From contig CAMDGM010000017.1 of assembly GCA_945898015.1 (NCBI GenBank), positions 4,410 through 68,409 of the forward strand: a DNA stretch of 64,000 nt, written 5' to 3'. Position 1 is the stretch's first letter. Each line of letters starts with the position of its first letter. The position numbers and the translations under genes were made by a program. Source of the stretch: PVC group bacterium (GTDB lineage Bacteria; Verrucomicrobiota; Kiritimatiellia; CAIKKV01). The notes under the pieces are model-generated. The model ran no database searches. It had not been told where the DNA came from and worked only from the letters and a program-made list of their open reading frames with translations. Positions 27,115 to 34,514 of the stretch are shown here, one piece after another.

Positions 27115-27912
27115 TTATCTTTCGGTGAAGGCGTACTCGACGACCTGAACGGCGGTGATGAAGGCTTTTGCGTTTCGGATCGGGTGTAAGGTGATCAGGC
27201 CCGCCTGCCCGTTTTTTGGCGTCGCATTTTCCGGGTGGTATTCCATGGCGGTGCCCGAGTCCATCACTTGGCGGATCAGCGCAATATGAGCTTCCGCGAT
27301 GTCAGGGCGAAGGTCGAGAAGGGATTTCCCGATAATGGCGTCCGGGGTGCTTCCCAGGCGTTGTGCGGCCGTGAGATTGGCCGAGAGGAAGACGCCGTGG
27401 CGGTCGAAGAGGGAGACGGGCAGCTTGATGTTGTCCACGAAGACGCGGCACCGCTCGTCGGTTTCTCCCCGGGTTTCGGCCGTTTCCCTCTGTTCAACCG
27501 CCCGGCGGACGAGCAGCAGCAGTTGTTCGGCATCCAGGGGCTTGGCGAGGTACAGGTAGGCGCCCAGGCCGATGGCCTGGATGGCCGCGCGATGCGACTG
27601 CTGGTTTTTGAGGACGATGCAGGCCGTGCCGGGGGCACACATGTGGACTTTACGGACCGTTTCAAGCCCGAGTTCGGTGTCTTTGGTGAGATCGATCAGG
27701 GCGACGGCCGGGTCTTCTTCGGTCAGGATCGCCACGGCCCGGTCATGCCCGGCGATCAGGGCTTGGTAGCCCGCGGCTTTTAAGATGTCGGCCAGGTACC
27801 GGTCCGGATTGGCGGCGTCGGCGACCACCAGTATTTTGAAGGTGGCGTCTTCGGAGAGGAACGGGCTTTGTTCCGCGGCCGGAGGAGGGGTGGAAGGAGT
27901 CGGTTTAGGCAT
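27115..27912 (-). CDS. Receiver domain plus PAS domain protein
   Basis: REC-like N-terminal half (ILVVADAAN...VALIDLTKD...LAKPL) followed by a PAS-like C-terminal half (RCRVFVDNIKLPVSLFDRHGVFLSAN...). Confidence 0.7.
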   Translation of the reverse strand: MPKPTPSTPPPAAEQSPFLSEDATFKILVVADAANPDRYLADILKAAGYQALIAGHDRAVAILTEEDPAVALIDLTKDTELGLETVRKVHMCAPGTACIVLKNQQSHRAAIQAIGLGAYLYLAKPLDAEQLLLLVRRAVEQRETAETRGETDERCRVFVDNIKLPVSLFDRHGVFLSANLTAAQRLGSTPDAIIGKSLLDLRPDIAEAHIALIRQVMDSGTAMEYHPENATPKNGQAGLITLHPIRNAKAFITAVQVVEYAFTER

Positions 27913-28300
27913 GGGGACCTTCGCTTCCCGGTTGTGGGGTCAGGGCGTTTTTCACTTTTTTGAGCAGCTCGTCGGCGTTGAAGGGCTTGGCGATGAAATC
28001 GACGGCGCCCATGGCGAGCACCTTGTCCCGCATGTTGTCCTGGGGGTAGGCCGTGATAAAGATGATCGGAATGGAGGCGGTGGATTTCGAGATCGCCAGG
28101 CTTTCGTAAAGGGACATGCCGGTTTCACCCGGCATCCGGATGTCCAGCAGGATGAGATCCGGTTTTTCTTCATGGGCGGCCCGGAACGCCTGTTCGGCAT
28201 TGGAGGCGGCGATCACCTGGTATTGGTTGGCCTTCAGGCGCGCGGAGAGAAGTTGAAGAATATGGGGTTCATCATCCACGATCAGGATTTTGTTTTGCAT
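27905..28300 (-). CDS. Single-domain response regulator (CheY-like)
   Basis: ILIVDDEPHILQ...LILLDIRMPGETG...IAKPF. Overlaps the downstream gene by 8 nt. Confidence 0.88.
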   Translation of the reverse strand: MQNKILIVDDEPHILQLLSARLKANQYQVIAASNAEQAFRAAHEEKPDLILLDIRMPGETGMSLYESLAISKSTASIPIIFITAYPQDNMRDKVLAMGAVDFIAKPFNADELLKKVKNALTPQPGSEGPHA

Positions 28301-28327
28301 GGTTCGTCGTCGCCTTTGGCGTGAAGG

Positions 28328-31036
28328 TTAGAGTAAAAAGCGCACCCATTTCCCGAGCGTATCCGTGTTGATCGGTTTGGCAAGGGTCGGAATGGTCTCC
28401 GGTCCGCTCTGGGCCTCCAGTTTGCCGGGCTCGATTTCGTAGCCGGACATGATCAGCAGGGGCACTTTGGCGGTGTGGCTGCTGTGTTTCATCCGGCCGA
28501 TGAATTCGTAGCCGTTCATTTTCGGCATATTGATGTCCAGGATAATCAGGGCGGGAGCGTCTGCCATCACTTTTTCCAGCGCGTCGCAACCGTCATAGGC
28601 GGCGGAGGTGTTTTCGTGACCCAATCTTGCCAGGGTGGATTGCAGGCTTTTGACGACGGCGGGATCATCATCCACGATGAGGATGTTTTTCCCGGCCTGG
28701 TGCCGGATATCGGCGGCGAGGAATTCGCGGGCTTTTTCCAGGAGCGCCGGGGCGGAGGCGCCATCCCGGGGATAGAGGCACCCCCCGTAGCAGAACGAGG
28801 TCCGGAAGCGTTCGTCGCGCTCAAAGACACACCGGTTGACGGTTTGCCGCAGCAAGGTGTTGATTTCCGGCGCGCGCTCCTCGTCGGCATCGGTCAGGAC
28901 GAGCAGGCCATTCTTCCCCCGGACCGGGGTGAACCCCTTGCGCCGGATGGCGGCGTCCATCTTGTCGATGGTTTCCCGGACCGAATCGCTGGCTTTGTCG
29001 CTGGCGTCGGCGGCGGATGAGGAGAGGTCTGCAATCCGGATCAGGGCTGCCAGCAGGCCTTTGTTATCCCTCTGTGCATGGGCGATCGCCGTTCCCAGGC
29101 GCTCTTCCAGCACTTGGGTTTCGCTCAGCTTGGGCACGGAGAAGGTGAAGACGGAGCCCTGGTTCAAGGCGCTCTGCACCCGGATTTTTCCGCCGTGCAG
29201 TTCAACGAGGCTTTTGGCGATGGATAGCCCCAGGCCAGTGCCGCCGCCCGGGCCGGTGTAGGAGGCCCCGAACTGCAGGAACCGGCCGAACACCTTGGGC
29301 AGGTCGGATTCCGAGATCCCGGCCCCGGTGTCGGCGACGGAACACTCGAGCTGGTCGCCCTTGTCGACGACGGACAGGCGGATATGACCCTGCGGTGTGA
29401 ACTTGATGGCGTTTCCCACGAGGTTGGTCAGGATCTGGCGTATGCGGTCCCGGTCGAGATAGCCCCAGGCCTCGTGGTGCGGATCGACGACCTCCAGCGC
29501 CAGATTTTTGGCCTTGGCCTGGGGAAGGAAGGCGAGCCGGGTTTCCTTGAGCAGCAGGCCGACGTCCACGAAGTCCCGGTAGAGCTGGGTTTTCCCGGCC
29601 TCCAGCTTGGAGATGTCCAGCAGATCGTTGACGACGGCTTTCAGGCGTTCGATTCCCTGCATGCACAGGGTGAGGATTTCCTTTTGCTCGGGGGTCAGCT
29701 CCCCGCAGAGACCGTCCAGAACCTGAAGCACCGATTCCTTGATGATGGTGAGCGGCGTCCGGATTTCGTGGGAGGCTTCGGCGACAAACTTCGACTGCAT
29801 TTCGTTCAGGTTGCGAAGGTGGTTCAGGGCCGTATTCCGGCCGGTGACGTCCCGGACGTTGCATTGGATGGCCTTGGTGTCGCCGGCCTGGTAGGCGTGG
29901 CTGACAAACTCGACCTCGACGTGGCGTCCGTCGCAGGTTTCCATGGGCAAGTCTTCGCAGTCGATGCGTCCGTTTTCCCGCAGGGCGTGGAATGACGTTT
30001 TGTTTAGCGTCACCCCCTTGAAAAGGGGGACTTCCCACAACACTTTGTTCAGGAAGTAATCGCGGGGATAGCCCAGCAATTCGATTAGAAAGGGGTTGAG
30101 GTCGACAATCCGGCCGCTTTCCGCTTCCAGGATCAGGATCCCGTCGCGGGCGGTTTCGAACAGGCGGCGATATCGCGATTCGGATTCGCGCAGGGCGCCC
30201 TCGTTTTGCTTGCGTTCCGTGATGTCCACATGGCAGCCCATCATGCGCAACGGCGCGTTGCTGGCGTCGCGTGAGACCTCGCCGCGCACATAGATCCAGC
30301 GGTAGGCGCCGTCTTTGTGCCGCAGGCGGTGTTCCACTTCATAGATCGGCCAGGGCGGGGAGGTGGAGGCCTTGATGGCGGCCATGGTCAGCGCCCGGTC
30401 GTCCGGATGCAGACGGCTCTCCCATTCTTCGTAACGCCCGGTGATTTCCGCGTCGGTGTGGCCCAGCTGCCATTTCCATTCCGTTGAAAAATGCGCTTCG
30501 TTGGTGCGCAGGTCCCAGTCCCAGAGGCCGATATTCGAGGCCCGGATGGCCAGCTGCAGGCGCGCGCCGGTCTCCCGCAACTCGTTCGTGCGCTCCGTTA
30601 CCATCTGTTCGAGGTGTTCCGCGTAACGCCGATTTTCCTTTTCCAGGCGGGCCCGGTCGTCGTCGAGCGCCTTAACCCGGGCGGCGTTGCTGACGGCGCG
30701 CAGGATGGCCTTGAGCTCGATCGGCTTGGTCAGGTAGTCAAATGCGCCCGAGCGGACGGCTTCGGAGGCCGTTTCGATGTTGGGCATGCCCGTCAACAGG
30801 ATCACCTGGACCCGCGGGTAGGTTTGGCGGACGAGTTGAAGCAGTTCGACGCCGGACATGCGGGGAAGCGAGATGTCGGAAATGACGACGTCGAAGTCGC
30901 CGCTTTGCATGAGCGTTTGGGCGCTGATGGCGTCTTCGGCGACGGACACCGCGTATCCTTCCCGCGACAGAAACGTGTTCAACAGGTTTCTGATGCTAAG
31001 TTCGTCATCTACGACCAGGAGGCGGGTCATGTCCAT
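28328..31036 (-). CDS. Hybrid sensor histidine kinase (REC-PAS-PAS-HisKA-HATPase-REC)
   Basis: N-terminal REC (LLVVDDELS...VVISDISLPRMSG). Two PAS-like blocks. H-box ASHEIRTPL. G boxes DTGAGIS and GTGLGLSIAK. C-terminal REC (ILIVDDDP...LIILDINMPKMNG). Confidence 0.9.
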   Translation of the reverse strand: MDMTRLLVVDDELSIRNLLNTFLSREGYAVSVAEDAISAQTLMQSGDFDVVISDISLPRMSGVELLQLVRQTYPRVQVILLTGMPNIETASEAVRSGAFDYLTKPIELKAILRAVSNAARVKALDDDRARLEKENRRYAEHLEQMVTERTNELRETGARLQLAIRASNIGLWDWDLRTNEAHFSTEWKWQLGHTDAEITGRYEEWESRLHPDDRALTMAAIKASTSPPWPIYEVEHRLRHKDGAYRWIYVRGEVSRDASNAPLRMMGCHVDITERKQNEGALRESESRYRRLFETARDGILILEAESGRIVDLNPFLIELLGYPRDYFLNKVLWEVPLFKGVTLNKTSFHALRENGRIDCEDLPMETCDGRHVEVEFVSHAYQAGDTKAIQCNVRDVTGRNTALNHLRNLNEMQSKFVAEASHEIRTPLTIIKESVLQVLDGLCGELTPEQKEILTLCMQGIERLKAVVNDLLDISKLEAGKTQLYRDFVDVGLLLKETRLAFLPQAKAKNLALEVVDPHHEAWGYLDRDRIRQILTNLVGNAIKFTPQGHIRLSVVDKGDQLECSVADTGAGISESDLPKVFGRFLQFGASYTGPGGGTGLGLSIAKSLVELHGGKIRVQSALNQGSVFTFSVPKLSETQVLEERLGTAIAHAQRDNKGLLAALIRIADLSSSAADASDKASDSVRETIDKMDAAIRRKGFTPVRGKNGLLVLTDADEERAPEINTLLRQTVNRCVFERDERFRTSFCYGGCLYPRDGASAPALLEKAREFLAADIRHQAGKNILIVDDDPAVVKSLQSTLARLGHENTSAAYDGCDALEKVMADAPALIILDINMPKMNGYEFIGRMKHSSHTAKVPLLIMSGYEIEPGKLEAQSGPETIPTLAKPINTDTLGKWVRFLL

Positions 31037-31113
31037 TCCTTCATGTGCTTTTTGGGATGCCCGTGGCGGGTCAAAAGCTTCAATTTATAATAACAGGCAT
31101 CGGAGGTGGCGCA

Positions 31114-31137
31114 AGCACGAAACACAGCACGAAACAC
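31114..31137. repeat. Perfect tandem duplication of a 12-mer (AGCACGAAACAC x2) abutting a putative -35 of the hybrid kinase operon
   Basis: Read directly at 31114-31125 and 31126-31137. On the minus strand, downstream of the repeat, lie TTGCGC (31114-31109), a 16-nt spacer and TATTAT (31092-31087). This is about 50 nt upstream of the ATG at 31036. Confidence 0.6.
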
Positions 31138-31159
31138 GGCCCCCGGAAACAAACCGACC

Positions 31160-31726
31160 TTATCCCGGGCTGTTTAGATGCTGGAGCACGAGCTTGACTC
31201 CAATCCCGATCAGGACCACCCCGGCGAGGCATTCCATAACCCGTTCGTTGAGATGCCGAGAGTGGCGGCCCACATAGACGCCGGCGAGCGAAATGACGAA
31301 GGTGATCAGGCCGATCAGGCAGGCGGGCCCGAGGATCCGCATATGGCTCAGCCCCATGGTGATGCCCACCGCCAGGGCGTCGATGCTGGTGGCGACCGCC
31401 AGGATCAGCAGCACGGAACTGTTGAGGGGGTCCTTCTCCTCCTCGATTTCTTTTAATTGGAAGGATTCATAGACCATTTTGACGCCGAGTACGGTCAGGA
31501 TGGCGAAGCAGACCCAGTGGTCATAGCGCGTCACGTAGGCTTGAAGTCCGAGTCCGGCCAGACCGCCGACCACCGGCATCACGGCCTGGAACAGGCCGAA
31601 GGCGAAGGCAATCTTGAGCGCATGGTGGAGCTGGAGGTTGCGGATGGCCATGCCGCTGGCGACGGCGATGGCCAGCGCGTCCATGGACAAGGCGATGGCA
31701 ATCAAGACAAGAGACCAGAAACTCAT
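31160..31726 (-). CDS. mntP: Manganese efflux pump MntP
   Basis: Duplicated DUF204 motif (ALSMDALAIAVASG and ATSIDALAVGITMG). Six TM segments. 188 aa. Confidence 0.85.
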   Translation of the reverse strand: MSFWSLVLIAIALSMDALAIAVASGMAIRNLQLHHALKIAFAFGLFQAVMPVVGGLAGLGLQAYVTRYDHWVCFAILTVLGVKMVYESFQLKEIEEEKDPLNSSVLLILAVATSIDALAVGITMGLSHMRILGPACLIGLITFVISLAGVYVGRHSRHLNERVMECLAGVVLIGIGVKLVLQHLNSPG

Positions 31727-32457
31727 GGCGGTGTCCTTTCAGGTGCGTGGTACTGGCCGAAGGCGGCCAGGCCGGCCAGTGCCTCGGGCAGGGGGCCGGA
31801 GTTCCAGTCGATCTCCCGCCCCATGACTTCGGCGAGGTGCAGGCGAAGCTGTTCCCGCACATCGGAAAGCGCCGGACAACGGTCCGGCAAATGACGGGCT
31901 AACGACGTCACGGGCTGGCCGACCAGGCCGCAGGGCACGATCCATGACGTGTAGCGGAGATCCACCGACACGTTGAAGCTCATGCCGTGCGAGGTGATCC
32001 AGCGGCGGAACCGGACGCCCATGGCCGCGATTTTTCCCAGGTCGGTCCAGGCCCCCGTCTTGCCGGGGACGCGGCCGGCCAGCACTCCGAAATCCGCGCA
32101 AGTCCGGATGGCCGTCTCTTCGAGACGGGCCAGGTAGGCGTGCGCATCCGCTTCGGCGCCGGTCAGCGCGAAGACGGGGTACATCACAATTTGGCCGGGT
32201 CCGTGGTAGGTGACATCCCCGCCTCGCGAGGCGTGCGCCACGTGAACGCCTTCGCGTTGCAGATCGCCGGGGGATTTGAGCAGGAACTGGTCGCGGCCCC
32301 GGCTCCCGAGGGTGACGACAGGTTCGTGTTCAAGAAATAAAACCGTGTCGGGAACGGCATTTTTCAGCCGGGCGTCCACCAGGCGCTCCATCGCCACCGC
32401 CGCCGGAGGATAGGGAACCGGCCGGTCGAAGCGGAAGGCTTGCGCCGGGGGCATCAC
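31723..32457 (-). CDS. lipB: Octanoyltransferase (lipoyl(octanoyl) transferase)
   Basis: RGGDVTYHGPGQ and KIAAMGVR motifs. GTG/ATG start directly abuts the gcvH stop. Confidence 0.88.
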   Translation of the reverse strand: MMPPAQAFRFDRPVPYPPAAVAMERLVDARLKNAVPDTVLFLEHEPVVTLGSRGRDQFLLKSPGDLQREGVHVAHASRGGDVTYHGPGQIVMYPVFALTGAEADAHAYLARLEETAIRTCADFGVLAGRVPGKTGAWTDLGKIAAMGVRFRRWITSHGMSFNVSVDLRYTSWIVPCGLVGQPVTSLARHLPDRCPALSDVREQLRLHLAEVMGREIDWNSGPLPEALAGLAAFGQYHAPERTPP

Positions 32458-32865
32458 CTAGAGATCCTCTTCCTCGTCCATGGGGAGCGTGGCCTCGTAG
32501 GAGTCCAGGTCCATCAGGTCCTCGACCTCGGCCATGTCGGTGGGCTTCATTTCGAAAATCCAGCCCGCGCCATAGGGGTCGTTGTTGACCAGGTCCGGGT
32601 TGTCCAGCAGGTGGGTGTTGACGGCGGTGATGATTCCGCTGACCGGCGCGAGATAGGGGGCGGCGGTCTTGTTGGACTCCAGCACGCCGACTTCCTCTTC
32701 CGCCGCAAACTCGTGGTTGGGATCGGGCTCGGGCAATTCGACATAGGTGATGTCGTGCATTTGGCCCTGGGCATAATCGGTGACGCCCACGGTGATCTTG
32801 CCGTTGGCCTTGACCTTCACCCACTGGTGGTTGGTGGAATACTTAAGGCCCTTGGGAGCTGACAT
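32458..32865 (-). CDS. gcvH: Glycine cleavage system H protein
   Basis: Lipoyl-lysine motif VLESNKTAAPYLAPVSG. Also HQWV..G.ITVGVTDYAQ. Start taken at MSAPKG (ATG 32865). Confidence 0.9.
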   Translation of the reverse strand: MSAPKGLKYSTNHQWVKVKANGKITVGVTDYAQGQMHDITYVELPEPDPNHEFAAEEEVGVLESNKTAAPYLAPVSGIITAVNTHLLDNPDLVNNDPYGAGWIFEMKPTDMAEVEDLMDLDSYEATLPMDEEEDL

Positions 32866-32943
32866 GGTGTGATCCTTTCGAAAACGGTTCAAAGAGTTAT
32901 TTGCACGTTGTGCGGAAAGGGTCAAGCTTGTTTTTAATAAAAA

Positions 32944-33822
32944 TCAATTTTTCCGGCAGATCACGTAGTCGGCGAGGGCGTGAAGCGGGGCGGAAGGGCC
33001 TGGTAAATCCTTCAGGGCCGCCTGCGCCTGCCGCACGAGGGAACGGGCCATGCGGCGGGACGCGGGCAGGCCGTGCACCGCCACATAGGTGAGTTTGCCG
33101 CGGGCCTGGTCGCTGCCCACGGGCTTGCCCAGGGCCTCCGGGGTGGAGGTGGCGTTCAGGATGTCGTCGGCGATCTGGAACGCCAGGCCGAGGGCGAGTC
33201 CGTAGCGGCCCAGCTGGCGGATCTGGGGTTCGGAGGCGCCGCCGGCAATGGCGCCCAGGCGGACTGCTGCTTCGATCAAGACGGCGGTTTTGTGCACGTG
33301 AATGTACCGGAGGCGGGCCGCGGACGGCCGACTGCCTTCGGCGAGGAGATCTTCGACCTGGCCGCCGATGACCCCCTGGCTGCCGGCGGCCCGGGCCAGT
33401 TCGGCGACCAGGCGGGCGGGAGAGGCGGCGGCCGGCAGGGCCGCCAGCCACAGGAAGGCCAGGGTTTGCAGCGCGTCGCCGGCGAGCAGGGCGTTGGCCT
33501 CGCCGAAGACGATGTGGCAGGTCGGCTTGCCCCGCCGCAGGTCGTCGTCGTCCATGCACGGCAGGTCGTCGTGGATGAGGGTGTAGGTGTGCAGCAGTTC
33601 GAGGGCGGCGCCGGCGGTGAGGGCGGCGGCCTCAGGGCGGCCGCAGGCCTGGGCCGCGGCGAGGGCGAGGATGGGGCGGAACCGTTTGCCGCCCGCGAGC
33701 ACGCTGTAGGTCATGGCCTTGTGGAGGAGGGCCGGACGGGTGGTGACGGGGGGCAGCGCGGCCTTTAAAAAGGCATCCACGCGGACCTGCTGTTTCCGGA
33801 GATAAGGGGCGAGTTCAAACAT
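32944..33822 (-). CDS. ispA: Polyprenyl (farnesyl/geranylgeranyl) diphosphate synthase
   Basis: First Asp-rich motif LIHDDLPCMDDDDLRRG and second Asp-rich motif FQIADDILN. Confidence 0.88.
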   Translation of the reverse strand: MFELAPYLRKQQVRVDAFLKAALPPVTTRPALLHKAMTYSVLAGGKRFRPILALAAAQACGRPEAAALTAGAALELLHTYTLIHDDLPCMDDDDLRRGKPTCHIVFGEANALLAGDALQTLAFLWLAALPAAASPARLVAELARAAGSQGVIGGQVEDLLAEGSRPSAARLRYIHVHKTAVLIEAAVRLGAIAGGASEPQIRQLGRYGLALGLAFQIADDILNATSTPEALGKPVGSDQARGKLTYVAVHGLPASRRMARSLVRQAQAALKDLPGPSAPLHALADYVICRKN

Positions 33823-33986
33823 GGGATTAGCATAGGGGGGCGGGCCGATTAGGCAAGTGAAAAAGCGCCCGGAAGCGGTTTTCCGTCATCTCTTCCCTTG
33901 TCTCCCGGCGACCCCTTTAGTAAGGTTCTCTTCCCTGAACACAACACCGAGACCGGGCGGGTGGTAAGGGAGGTGCCGGTGAAATT

Positions 33987-34514
33987 ATGATTGAAAAACG
34001 GCGATGGATTATGGGGGTTGTTCTGGCCTTGGCGATGACGATTGTCGCCGGGGTGGCAACCTCCTCCGTGCTGGTGCGCCGGGAGGCGTTCTGTGGTCCG
34101 GCGGCTCATGTCGCCGCCCTGTTGTCGGGTGCGCCTTGTGTGAAGGACGGCGTCGAATACCGCCTGATCGGTTCGGATCTCGACCTCACGGTGGCGCCGG
34201 CCTGTGCGGCGGTGGATTATTTCTGCCTGCTGGCCGGCGTTCTTAGTCTCCTGATGACCCGCCGCGGCGTTCGATGGGGGCTACAGCTCCTGGTGCTGCC
34301 GCTGGCCTGGGCGCTGACCATTTTCATCAATGCGTTGCGGCTGACGGCCTGCTGGCAGGCAGACCGGCTCGTGCAACCTTGGTTGCCCCCGGCGCTCTGG
34401 CCGGCGCCCCACATGGCGGTGGGGATCGCCACTTTTCTGGTGGGGTTAATACTGGTCTTTTGGGTAATGACGCGGAACACGATGACCGCAGGAAAGGATG
34501 AGCATCATGAATGA
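33987..34514 (+). CDS. Minimal exosortase/archaeosortase-family transpeptidase (175 aa)
   Basis: Polytopic membrane protein. The family's ordered Cys/Arg/His signature positions are present: VAPACAAVDYF, FINALRLTAC and PHMAVGIATF. It overlaps the start of the putative substrate gene by 17 nt. Confidence 0.65.
   Translation: MIEKRRWIMGVVLALAMTIVAGVATSSVLVRREAFCGPAAHVAALLSGAPCVKDGVEYRLIGSDLDLTVAPACAAVDYFCLLAGVLSLLMTRRGVRWGLQLLVLPLAWALTIFINALRLTACWQADRLVQPWLPPALWPAPHMAVGIATFLVGLILVFWVMTRNTMTAGKDEHHE

Noticed and set aside
31727-31800. yybP-ykoY manganese riboswitch upstream of mntP
   Set aside because: There is no leader region. The mntP start codon overlaps the lipB stop, so the upstream sequence is lipB coding sequence.
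32866-32943. Glycine riboswitch upstream of gcvH
   Set aside because: The intergenic space is only 78 nt, too short for a tandem glycine aptamer. I could not find the conserved aptamer core. It more likely holds a simple promoter (a TTGACC-like element is present).
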